Shown here: positions 1 through 8,588 of the stretch, in pieces
How positions within the stretch are numbered: the first letter of the stretch is position 1
Layout of the letters: each line of letters starts with the position of its first letter
Source: a virus
Reading direction: 5' to 3' (one strand)
DNA length: 64,000 nucleotides
IMG/VR virus record: IMGVR_UViG_3300027704_003324
Location: 32,001-96,000 of that record
Translations under genes and position numbers: made by a program
Notes under the pieces: model-generated
Database searches by the model: none
What the model was told of the DNA's origin: nothing
The model's input: the letters and a program-made list of their open reading frames with translations, nothing else

Positions 1-98
1 TAGTAGTTCTTCTTGAAGAATTTAGACAGCCATTCTTCACTTCTTTGCGGCTGATAAGGGCATTGGTCAAATTTATCGTACTCTATTACATCGCTCAT
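1..98 (-). CDS. hypothetical protein, N-terminal part (runs off the window)
   Basis: ATG at 98 directly after a CGTATATTAA promoter motif; MSDVIEYDKFDQCPY... open to the window edge. Confidence 0.6.
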   Translation of the reverse strand, partial: MSDVIEYDKFDQCPYQPQRSEEWLSKFFKKNY

Positions 99-103
99 AT
101 ACC

Positions 104-134
104 TTAATATACGAAAGTTTATTTAAGTAAGCAA
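104..134 (-). promoter_or_regulatory. Bacteroidota sigma70-type promoter (example of a recurrent motif)
   Basis: Minus strand TTG-N20-TATATTAA (CGTATATTAA), resembling the -33 TTG / -7 TAnnTTTG consensus; recurs at >12 intergenic sites. Confidence 0.65.
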
Positions 135-650
135 CTATATGAAAGATTCTTTTAAGATAAATTTTTGGTAATCTTTAAATACTCTAACAGAAGCTTTATT
201 CCAAGGTTCAATTATAGCATATAAATACTCATAATTTTCACAGCAGTATTTCATTACATAACTACCAAAGTCCATTGCTGCATCAGCAGGGAGTTTTTGA
301 TCTAAACATTTATACATTCCTCCTATATAGATACTATTAGGTTTAGGTAATGGTTTAGTATCAATCCAATCATGAGTAAATTCTGAGTTAAGCCAAAACC
401 AACCACTTAACTCGCCTTTATAGTACTGATACATTACAAATGAACCGTTCTGGAATCTTTCTTTAACTGTTTCTATTGTAGGTCTAGTTGTCCAGAGAGG
501 AAGTGAATCTTTAATGCTTTTTATTATATGGGCATTAGGAGCTTCTTCATTGTACTTAGAAACTCTATAAATATATTCACTATTATAATTGTAACTCTCA
601 GCTATTACAATACCTTCTTTTGTAGGCATTTCATATTCTAAATAAGACAT
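135..650 (-). CDS. GNAT-family acetyltransferase-like protein
   Basis: C-terminal YAIIEPWNKASVRVF resembles the GNAT N-x-A-S motif. Confidence 0.5.
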   Translation of the reverse strand: MSYLEYEMPTKEGIVIAESYNYNSEYIYRVSKYNEEAPNAHIIKSIKDSLPLWTTRPTIETVKERFQNGSFVMYQYYKGELSGWFWLNSEFTHDWIDTKPLPKPNSIYIGGMYKCLDQKLPADAAMDFGSYVMKYCCENYEYLYAIIEPWNKASVRVFKDYQKFILKESFI

Positions 651-1420
651 TTTTTCGTATTTTCAAATTGAATTATATCTTTTGCTTTCTTCTGTACGTG
701 CTTATCAAATTTCCATACTCCGTAATAATGGTCGTATTGTGCTTTACTCTTAGTGTATCCTACATTAATATTATGATTCATAACAATACATCCAAAAAGG
801 TATTGACATATTACTATAGAAGGGATATATTTAGAGGTTACTAATTTTTCCTTTGGTTCTATTATTTCCAAAAAATATTTTCTAAAAGCTAGGTAATTGT
901 TTATACATAAGTCTTTAGTTTTTTGGTTATTAAATTTTATTATACCAACATTACAAGCTAATGCTCCATCATGTACATATTCTTTTATAGTATCTCCTAT
1001 AGGATATTTTTTAAATATATTAAGCAAATAAATATAACCAATGTACATAGCTCTTTTAGCATTTAAAGCATTTGCTCTTGTTTCTGGGTATTCAAATATA
1101 ACGTCTTTGTCTCTGTATTCATCAAAAGGTAATTTAGATTTTAAAATTAAGTCTCCATCAATAGTAGCGCAATTAAGATCTTCTCTTTGATGAATGTAAA
1201 TTTTTAAATCATCTGTAAGTACAAACTCTTCTTTTTCTACATTGAAAGAATTATCGTAATGTCCTTTGAGATATTTTAATGTATAGTCGCAACCGTATAG
1301 CTTTATACCGTAGCCTAATTTCTTAGCCCTGATCATAGAAGCTTTGTAAAGCTGCAATACAGGATTAGGGTCTTTATACCCACCCTCCATTTTAGTAGTA
1401 AAGCTCCATATTAGTATCAT
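638..1420 (-). CDS. putative nucleotide-diphospho-sugar transferase (DxD, DUF6734-like)
   Basis: IDGDLIL DxD motif, CNVGII motif, late H-Y-x-G. Confidence 0.45.
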   Translation of the reverse strand: MILIWSFTTKMEGGYKDPNPVLQLYKASMIRAKKLGYGIKLYGCDYTLKYLKGHYDNSFNVEKEEFVLTDDLKIYIHQREDLNCATIDGDLILKSKLPFDEYRDKDVIFEYPETRANALNAKRAMYIGYIYLLNIFKKYPIGDTIKEYVHDGALACNVGIIKFNNQKTKDLCINNYLAFRKYFLEIIEPKEKLVTSKYIPSIVICQYLFGCIVMNHNINVGYTKSKAQYDHYYGVWKFDKHVQKKAKDIIQFENTKKCLI

Positions 1421-2001
1421 ATCATTGACCGTTTACCGTTGCGTAATCTTCTTGCTGGGTTTAATTCTGCTTTTGCTTTAGAAGTAAACTCTAATCCCAT
1501 TTCTGAGAATTCATTTTTAGTATCTCCGTAAAATAAAGCTTCATAAGATGTAATAGGTACGTTAACAGATCTAGATAATTTTACTAGTATCTCTTTAAGA
1601 CCCTTTAGTTCTTCTGTGTGTACTTCTGGTGAAGTAGTATAATCCTTATCTTCATAAGGTACCATTATTTCAATTCCGTTCTCATTGCAATATTTCAATC
1701 TAGCATAAGCAATAAGGTGGTCATTAAAATCGAACCTGTCTATTAAAAGAGTTTTATCAAATAAGGATACTAACCTTTTCCAAAATCTAGCTCTCTTAAT
1801 ATCAGAAGTACAATCTAATGGGTACTGTTCTACAGTTAGCTTTATGTTATTATCTTTTTCTAATAAGTCTTCAATCATACTGATAGCATCGTTGCTATGC
1901 TCGAACCTATTATAGAATGGTTCACTAACGTATTTATCTGACACTGCTTTTATAAGGCTTGTTGTACCGGATCTAGGTACTCCTATAACTAATAATTTCA
2001 T
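1417..2001 (-). CDS. sulfotransferase-family protein
   Basis: N-terminal GVPRSGTTSL PAPS-binding loop, EPF and YEAL motifs. Confidence 0.65.
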   Translation of the reverse strand: MKLLVIGVPRSGTTSLIKAVSDKYVSEPFYNRFEHSNDAISMIEDLLEKDNNIKLTVEQYPLDCTSDIKRARFWKRLVSLFDKTLLIDRFDFNDHLIAYARLKYCNENGIEIMVPYEDKDYTTSPEVHTEELKGLKEILVKLSRSVNVPITSYEALFYGDTKNEFSEMGLEFTSKAKAELNPARRLRNGKRSMI

Positions 2002-2690
2002 AATATTCTTTTTGGAATGAGAGTTGACATAAACTCTTTAGCTATAAAAAGATGTCCTTTTACATTAGGGTGTAAGTCTTCTTCTGATATGTTAAGCTTA
2101 TTACTGTATATTATATCAACCCAACCAACTTTACCTTCATTAGATAGAGGTGTCCATAAATTTGTAGAAATAGTAGATGGTGATTCAGATACATTATCAT
2201 TAAACCTTGAATCGTTGTCTGTATTGTTTAACGCTGTAAGGTTCCATAGTATAACTTTAGCTCCTATATTTTTATCTATAAAGTTAACTAAGTTAATTAT
2301 ATTATTTATACATCTATCAGTTTCTACAATTTCCGGAAGGTACTGTGTATCGTAATACCACTGAATGCTTTTCTGTTCTTTAAATGTAAGTTTCTGCTTA
2401 TTACTGTCATCTACAGACAAAAAGAAATCTTGGTCGTTAAACCAAGACTTCCTGCTGTTTGCTCCTATCGGCAATCTTCCTTGACCTGATAGGTTAATAA
2501 TTATAATGTCATTGCTTGTGATTGACGGTAACTGTTCTATTATCGTATGAAGAATGTATAGATTAGTAGCTCCTGCTTTTGCAACGTTAAGTAACGGTTT
2601 GTTTAAAGTTCTTTCAATAATAGAAAACCATTGATTTTGGTGGTGATCCTTAATGATAGCAGAGAACGAGTCTCCAAAAACTTTTAACAT
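1998..2690 (-). CDS. SGNH/GDSL hydrolase-like protein
   Basis: FGDSFS block I, GATN block II, DLHPNVKGH block V. Confidence 0.7.
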   Translation of the reverse strand: MLKVFGDSFSAIIKDHHQNQWFSIIERTLNKPLLNVAKAGATNLYILHTIIEQLPSITSNDIIIINLSGQGRLPIGANSRKSWFNDQDFFLSVDDSNKQKLTFKEQKSIQWYYDTQYLPEIVETDRCINNIINLVNFIDKNIGAKVILWNLTALNNTDNDSRFNDNVSESPSTISTNLWTPLSNEGKVGWVDIIYSNKLNISEEDLHPNVKGHLFIAKEFMSTLIPKRIL

Positions 2691-2717
2691 AACATTTACA
2701 ATAAAATTAGTACTCCT

Positions 2718-2876
2718 TTATGAACTGTGCTTTACTACGATCTGGCTTAGCAATGCTTCAACCGTATTACGGATTGTCAATTGCTCTGCTTCAGTAGCAG
2801 GTACAAATGTTCTAATGTCATTAGTATCTTTTCTTTTATATACTAGTGCTTCTACTTGTTCTTTAGTTAATGCCAT
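2718..2876 (-). CDS. small hypothetical protein (52 aa), not in the ORF track
   Basis: MALTKEQVEALVYKRKDTNDIRTFVPATEAEQLTIRNTVEALLSQIVVKHSS fills the gap in the operon. Confidence 0.6.
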   Translation of the reverse strand: MALTKEQVEALVYKRKDTNDIRTFVPATEAEQLTIRNTVEALLSQIVVKHSS

Positions 2877-2942
2877 ATTATTCTATTTGTTAATTATAGG
2901 TCTTGTAAAAAATCTCTTAAAATATCTCACTTTTGTTAAATT

Positions 2943-4343
2943 CTAAATAAATCCTTTTCTGTTGTGAGTTACGAATGCAAAAGATTGATCTCCAACCAAT
3001 AAGTTATCTACTGACTCTACATCTGCTGTAAAGAAGCTACCTGTTGCTACAGATAACTGTAACATTTCAGCTTTTACAATAGGGATTTTAGATCCATCTA
3101 GAGCTATAAGTGAGTGATGATCTTGATTGATTTCAAATACAGGTGTATACCTAGTTACTCCAACTTCAGTAGATTCATAATTGTGGGCTAATACTGCTGT
3201 ACTACCTCCAATGTAGAAATCTGTATCTGCTGTTTCTATTCTATACAATTCACCGCTAAGGTTTTTATTAGTATATACTGCAGTTTGTACTACTGAAGAT
3301 GTAACTGCTGTTCCTTCTGGCCATTGAGAACCTGTCATATTCCATGATAAGTAAACATCTGGTATATCTGTATCAGGTAAACCTGGCACATAAAAGGTTT
3401 TAAGGGTCTGTCCAACTTTAACGTCGTGAATACCTACTGCTTCTTCTGCTGCAGATGCTGAAGTATATGTTTCGTTTTCAAACATTCCGTCTTTAACATC
3501 TTTTGTTTTCCATGTAGAAGTAGAATACTCCATTCTGTGTTTAAGTCCAAACTTCCAGTTAGATGTTCCATCCCAGTCTAGTCCAGCTGCTGAAGGTATA
3601 TCAAATGTAGCTTGTGTAGTAATGGTACCTAAATCTATATAATTTAATCCACCACCATATGCGATTCCGTAGTTTCTATAAGACTTCATTATACCTGCTG
3701 CAATATCATCAGCATGTGTTTCGTAGCTAGTCATATAATAACTACCTGTTAATTCACTTTTTGCTGTATCCCAGTCTCCTACTTTTCCAAATTCAATAGG
3801 TCCGAATACATCCATCTTAGGTTTGTAAACTACATCTGGAATATTAGCTGCATTTGAAGAACTTACTAACGTAGATGTTACAATTCCTTCGTCTACTGAG
3901 TAGAACGGTACGGCTAATGAACCAGATCCATTCTCTTCAAAAAGAGCTAAAGGATTGATTGCTGACGCTGCATAGTAAGAATCTAAGATTGCATTCTCAT
4001 CATATGCTAAACGTAAAATAAATTTGTTTGCTGCATCTTCTACTGCTGTAGGAAATGAATTGTGTAGAGCTTCGTTTTGTAAAGTTATAGTTGTTATACC
4101 TGAACATCCTGCTGCTACTTTGCTTTTTATATCTTGTACAGCTGCTAAGTGAAGTTCTGCTTTGTATATAATATGTAATGTATTAAAGCCTGCATCTGCA
4201 TTTAAGAAGCTTACTAAAGCTTGCCAATCTGCATCATGTCTTAAGAAGTTACCGTATAACACGGTATCAGTGTTCATTTCAAGAAATTTTAAGTCGCCAT
4301 TTCTATCTTTGACAAAATCGTTTGATATTAGTGTTCCTTTCAT
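2943..4343 (-). CDS. GspS-like (circularly permuted ATP-grasp) domain fused to a C-terminal Hint-like domain
   Basis: N-terminal DFVKDRNGDLKFLEMNTD; C-terminal IHDVKVGQ ... FTADVESVDNLLVG...THN. Confidence 0.5.
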   Translation of the reverse strand: MKGTLISNDFVKDRNGDLKFLEMNTDTVLYGNFLRHDADWQALVSFLNADAGFNTLHIIYKAELHLAAVQDIKSKVAAGCSGITTITLQNEALHNSFPTAVEDAANKFILRLAYDENAILDSYYAASAINPLALFEENGSGSLAVPFYSVDEGIVTSTLVSSSNAANIPDVVYKPKMDVFGPIEFGKVGDWDTAKSELTGSYYMTSYETHADDIAAGIMKSYRNYGIAYGGGLNYIDLGTITTQATFDIPSAAGLDWDGTSNWKFGLKHRMEYSTSTWKTKDVKDGMFENETYTSASAAEEAVGIHDVKVGQTLKTFYVPGLPDTDIPDVYLSWNMTGSQWPEGTAVTSSVVQTAVYTNKNLSGELYRIETADTDFYIGGSTAVLAHNYESTEVGVTRYTPVFEINQDHHSLIALDGSKIPIVKAEMLQLSVATGSFFTADVESVDNLLVGDQSFAFVTHNRKGFI

Positions 4344-4403
4344 AATTTGTTTTATTGTAAATCTACGTTATTAATAAATATCACGTTTTAACCAATTCCA
4401 TTG

Positions 4404-4634
4404 TCAATTTAGCAGTTCATCACAAGCAACTTGTAAACCCAGTAGTAAGGAGGCTCCTCCAAACATTTTTTGTACCTCCGTGGCACGAATTTGCACTGCT
4501 GCTAATTTATTTTGTTTAGCTGCTTCGGCTAATAATCCCATAATCTTATCATCACGGTCTTTCAGGGGTATCCTCTTAGGATCTATCTTCCCTTGCTCTA
4601 CTAGTTCCTGATATTTTTTTATTGAATCTGACAT
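4404..4634 (-). CDS. hypothetical protein
   Basis: 76 aa ORF with upstream promoter-like motif. Confidence 0.6.
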   Translation of the reverse strand: MSDSIKKYQELVEQGKIDPKRIPLKDRDDKIMGLLAEAAKQNKLAAVQIRATEVQKMFGGASLLLGLQVACDELLN

Positions 4635-4730
4635 AACATTTATTTTTAATTAACTCGGTTAATATATAGATTAATAAGCCCGTAGGATTATTTGATATTT
4701 TTAGTCTAGTGCTTACTCTTAATGCCTTCA

Positions 4731-4892
4731 TTAGTCTTCATCCTGCCAATTATTACGCTTATGCTTTAGCTTACGCTTGTAAAGACTTTCGTCCCCGTGG
4801 CTTTTTTGAATCATCTTTCGTCTTATCAACTGGCTCAACTCTCGTTGCCCGTACTGCTCGTCCCCGACCAGGTTTTTCTTCTTCTTTTTCAT
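4731..4892 (-). CDS. small basic hypothetical protein
   Basis: Likely start MKKKKKNLVGDEQ at 4892; TATTTATA motif at 4935-4942 upstream. Confidence 0.5.
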   Translation of the reverse strand: MKKKKKNLVGDEQYGQRELSQLIRRKMIQKSHGDESLYKRKLKHKRNNWQDED

Positions 4893-5023
4893 TCCAACTA
4901 TCTTCGAAATAAATAAATTGCGGTTCCATACTTGTATAAATATAAGAACCTTTTGGTTCCGATGCAACTAAAGCACCATGTTTAATGTAATTAATATATG
5001 CCCATATTTGAGCTATAAGTAGT

Positions 5024-5053
5024 AAAAACACGCCCCCCAATGAAGGAGGGGTG
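5024..5053 (-). terminator. intrinsic terminator
   Basis: CACCCCTCC-TTCATT-GGGGGGCGTG followed by TTTTT on the minus strand. Confidence 0.6.
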
Positions 5054-5115
5054 AATTTAATTCGCGCGTGTCGACTTCGTCGACGAGAGAGTAATGCTCC
5101 CCCGCCGCCTCCATC

Positions 5116-5286
5116 TTACTTGCTTTCCGAAACAGATGCTGCCCTGTAGTCAGTGATTAATTTCTTAATCTCTCCTGCTGCTTTTCTTGCTCTCTGTTGC
5201 GATGCCTTAGTAGAACCACTGTTCTCTTCAGCTAATGTATTGAAGTGACCTTCAATAACTTCGAATAATTCTTGCTTACTTGCCAT
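5116..5286 (-). CDS. histone H1-like (Hc1-type) small DNA-binding protein, 56 aa, not in the ORF track
   Basis: MASKQELF...GSTKASQQRARKAAGEIKKLITDYRAASV resembles the Bacteroidota Hc1-like pattern KAAxxRARK...K..RK.S. Confidence 0.7.
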   Translation of the reverse strand: MASKQELFEVIEGHFNTLAEENSGSTKASQQRARKAAGEIKKLITDYRAASVSESK

Positions 5287-5288
5287 AA

Positions 5289-6029
5289 TTAATTTGATTT
5301 AGTGTTTTGACATACGGGTATTGCTACCATCTTATGTCGGTTATTAAAATTAAAACTATAAAAGATTTTTAAGACTTCTTTTTGTCTTTTGTTTAGCTTA
5401 CGTTTATCTCCGCCAAAAGTCATTGCCCATTCTAATTCATCATATGTAGCACCTATTTGGTCTTCGTCTGTTCTACCGTCTTCCCATAAGCCATCTGTAG
5501 GCTGAGCGTTGATGATTTCTAAGAGAATACCTAATTCACAAGCTGCTTCCTTTACTTCTGATTTCATTAGATCAGCAATTGGACTAATATCAACTCCTCC
5601 ATCACCGTATTTGGTGAAGAATCCAATACCAAAGTCCTCTACCTTATTACCGGTACCAACTACTAAGGCGTTAACCTTAGCAGCGGTGTGGTAAAGAGTC
5701 ATCATTCTTAGCCTAGCAGCAGAGTTTGCCGATGCTAAAGCGTCCGGTTCCATGAATAGTCCTTCAAAGCTTTTAAATGTATCCGTTAAATCAAATTCTA
5801 ACGGTGTTACATTCTCATACTTATTGTCTAACCATTCCATATGATCGTCTGCTAAATCCGACGTACCATTAATTGGAAGAGAAACTACATAGGTTGGTAT
5901 ACCTGTCTCAGCACATAGCGTTGATGTTACTGCTGAATCTATTCCTCCTGAGATTCCAATTACGAAGCCTTTATCTTGAGCACCTTTGCTATACTCCTTT
6001 AGCCAATTTATGATGAATTTATATTTCAT
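5289..6029 (-). CDS. nadE: NH3-dependent NAD+ synthetase
   Basis: GISGGIDSAV PP-loop, ARLRM, GTGNKVE, GFFTKYGDGG. Confidence 0.95.
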   Translation of the reverse strand: MKYKFIINWLKEYSKGAQDKGFVIGISGGIDSAVTSTLCAETGIPTYVVSLPINGTSDLADDHMEWLDNKYENVTPLEFDLTDTFKSFEGLFMEPDALASANSAARLRMMTLYHTAAKVNALVVGTGNKVEDFGIGFFTKYGDGGVDISPIADLMKSEVKEAACELGILLEIINAQPTDGLWEDGRTDEDQIGATYDELEWAMTFGGDKRKLNKRQKEVLKIFYSFNFNNRHKMVAIPVCQNTKSN

Positions 6030-6030
6030 A

Positions 6031-7692
6031 TTATCCCATTAACATTGCTGGATCGATTCCTCCTGGCATACCTGCTGGTTCACCGTCTTTTGGTGGATCG
6101 ATTGATACAACTGCTTCCGTCGTTAACATTGTAGCTGCAACTGATGCTGCATTTTCTAATGCTAATCGTGTAACTTTAGTAGGGTCAATAATACCTGCTT
6201 TTAACATATCAGTATACTCTTCGAATCTACTATTATAACCGTACCATTGGTTCTTCTTACCTTCTACTACTTCTTTGATCTCTGCAACTTTCTCTGGTTC
6301 TACGCCTGCATTCCATAAGATCTGAGTAAATGGTGTTGTAAGTGCTTCGGTTAGAATATCTAATCCTATCAATTCACTCACAGTAAGGTCTTTAAACTTT
6401 CCTTTTCCTCGTTGCTTAGTTAAGTCTAAAGCAGAGTTCAATAAAGCGATTCCACCTCCAGGTAGTATACCTTCTTCTAATGCTGCTTTTGTAGCATGTA
6501 AAGCATCGTCTACTCTATCTTTCTTCTCCTTCATTTCGATTTCAGTATGACCTCCTACGTGAACTACTGCTACTCCTCCGATAAACTTAGCTAATCTAGC
6601 TTGTAAGTTTTCAATTTCGAATGGTGAATTTGCTTCATCAATTTGAGTTTTAATCTCTTCAACTCTTGCTGTAATAGCTGCATCTTCTCCTTTAGCATCA
6701 ATAATCGTAGTAATATCTTTACTAACTGTAACCTTTCCGGCTTTACCTAACCATTTAGGATCAAATCTATCTAATCGCATTCCTTTTTCACTAGAGATTA
6801 CTTGTGCTCCAGTCATAATAGCAATATCTTCTAAGATAGCTTTCTTACGATCACCAAAATCAGGGGCTTTAACAGCTACTGCTGGTAATATACCTCTCAT
6901 CTTGTTTACTACTAAGGTAGACAGTGCCTCTCCATCAAGATCATCTGCAATTAGTAATAGTGATTTGTTCTGTACTTGTACTGCTTCTAAGACGGGTAAT
7001 AACTCTTTAATACTACTCAACCTCTTATCTACAATTAGTACATACGGTGATTGAAGAACAGCTGTCATTGATGGATTGTCTGTTACGAAGTATGGAGACT
7101 TATAACCACGATTAAATTGCATTCCTTCTACTGTTTCTAGATAGGTTTCTCCAGTTTTAGATTCTTCGATTGTAACAACTCCATCACGGCCAACTTTTTC
7201 CATTGATGTTGCAATTAACTCACCAACTTCTTTATCGCTATTCGCTGATATAGTAGCTACTTGTTTTAACTGCTCTTCATCCGTAATATCTTTAGATAGA
7301 TTTTCTAAATACTCTACAATTACTTTTGTACCTTTTAGAATACCTCTCTGTACTTCAACTGCATTATAGTCTCCGATAGTACCTAGTCCTTTATTATAAA
7401 GCTCTCTAGCTAATAATGTTGACGTAGTTGTACCATCTCCAGCTTGTTCTGCAGTTTTAATAGATGCTTGCTTAACTAGCTGAGCTCCTATATTTTCTAA
7501 CTTATCTTCTAAGTCTATTGATTTAGCTACTGTAACTCCATCTTTAGTAGACTGTGGGTTACCCATTGCACTTTCAATAATAACATTACGTCCTGATGGT
7601 CCTAATGTGCTTATAACTGCTTGAGCTAACTTCTCAATTCCATCGCTAAGACCTTGTCTTGCTGCATGGTTAAATGTAATACTTTTACTCAT
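6031..7692 (-). CDS. groEL: chaperonin GroEL
   Basis: [33 protein letters not shown]. Confidence 0.98.
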   Translation of the reverse strand: MSKSITFNHAARQGLSDGIEKLAQAVISTLGPSGRNVIIESAMGNPQSTKDGVTVAKSIDLEDKLENIGAQLVKQASIKTAEQAGDGTTTSTLLARELYNKGLGTIGDYNAVEVQRGILKGTKVIVEYLENLSKDITDEEQLKQVATISANSDKEVGELIATSMEKVGRDGVVTIEESKTGETYLETVEGMQFNRGYKSPYFVTDNPSMTAVLQSPYVLIVDKRLSSIKELLPVLEAVQVQNKSLLLIADDLDGEALSTLVVNKMRGILPAVAVKAPDFGDRKKAILEDIAIMTGAQVISSEKGMRLDRFDPKWLGKAGKVTVSKDITTIIDAKGEDAAITARVEEIKTQIDEANSPFEIENLQARLAKFIGGVAVVHVGGHTEIEMKEKKDRVDDALHATKAALEEGILPGGGIALLNSALDLTKQRGKGKFKDLTVSELIGLDILTEALTTPFTQILWNAGVEPEKVAEIKEVVEGKKNQWYGYNSRFEEYTDMLKAGIIDPTKVTRLALENAASVAATMLTTEAVVSIDPPKDGEPAGMPGGIDPAMLMG

Positions 7693-8005
7693 TGTCTTCT
7701 TTTTCTTTTACAACCGCTAGTATTTCTCTATCTTGAGCTAAATAGTATTCTTCTCCTTCAAAGTCAATACGTAAAGTACCAATTTTAGGAACCAATACCA
7801 CATCGCCTGCTTTACATGAACGTACTGTGATTAATTTACTTGGATCTAATTCGGACTGACGTCCAGGACCTACTGCTAGTACAGTGCCCATTTCCGGTTT
7901 TTCTTTTCCTAAATCTGGAATTACTAAGTTTCCATACATTTGTTCGCCTTCATCTATAGGCTTGATAAGAATCCGATCATTAGTCGGAGATAACTGTTTT
8001 GTCAT
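7685..8005 (-). CDS. groES: co-chaperonin GroES
   Basis: PTNDRILIK, GTVLAVGPG, EILAVV; adjacent to groEL. Confidence 0.95.
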   Translation of the reverse strand: MTKQLSPTNDRILIKPIDEGEQMYGNLVIPDLGKEKPEMGTVLAVGPGRQSELDPSKLITVRSCKAGDVVLVPKIGTLRIDFEGEEYYLAQDREILAVVKEKEDNE

Positions 8006-8073
8006 ATAACTTTATTTGTTAATTATTAATATACGATTAATTTATAAAAGAAACAACCCTAGAGCGGGTTAAT

Positions 8074-8487
8074 TTAGCTAATTTTCAAAGTTTTTGATTC
8101 TTTTCCTTTAGCATACGGTATTGTAACTTGCAATAAGCCATTTATAAACTCAGCTTTTGCTTTTTGTAGATCAAATCTACTGTCTATCTTCCAACCTAAG
8201 TTAAATGATCGTTTGGCTATACCTTTATGTATATAGTCAGTTGCTTCACCTTCTAAGGTTGGTTTGTTGTAATTGATTTTAATAATATTACCCTCAATTA
8301 AGATTTCGATATCTTCTTTTGGAATTCCGGTACAGGCTATATCTAAGCCAAGGCCGTTTTCTAATTCGTAAATATCTACTGGGTGGGGTAATTTTGACTC
8401 TTCTAACGTTTGGTAGTTGTGAGTCTTTTGCAAAAAATTGCGGACTAAAATGTCGAACGGATTACGTTCTTGAAAAATGTTACTCAT
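8074..8487 (-). CDS. small heat-shock protein Hsp20 (alpha-crystallin domain)
   Basis: PVDIYE, YIHKGIAKRSF, AEFINGLLQVTIP. Confidence 0.92.
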   Translation of the reverse strand: MSNIFQERNPFDILVRNFLQKTHNYQTLEESKLPHPVDIYELENGLGLDIACTGIPKEDIEILIEGNIIKINYNKPTLEGEATDYIHKGIAKRSFNLGWKIDSRFDLQKAKAEFINGLLQVTIPYAKGKESKTLKIS

Positions 8488-8588
8488 AATGATATAAAAT
8501 TGTGGAGTCCTAAGATCTCCGGTTAATAAAAATAAAAATTGCTCTAGGGTCGATCTTTATTCTTTAAATAAATAGGTTTAATTTAAGT

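Noticed and set aside
4771-5040. 89-aa minus-strand ORF
   Set aside because: Starts inside the terminator hairpin and overlaps a more plausible ORF (4731-4892) that has a promoter motif
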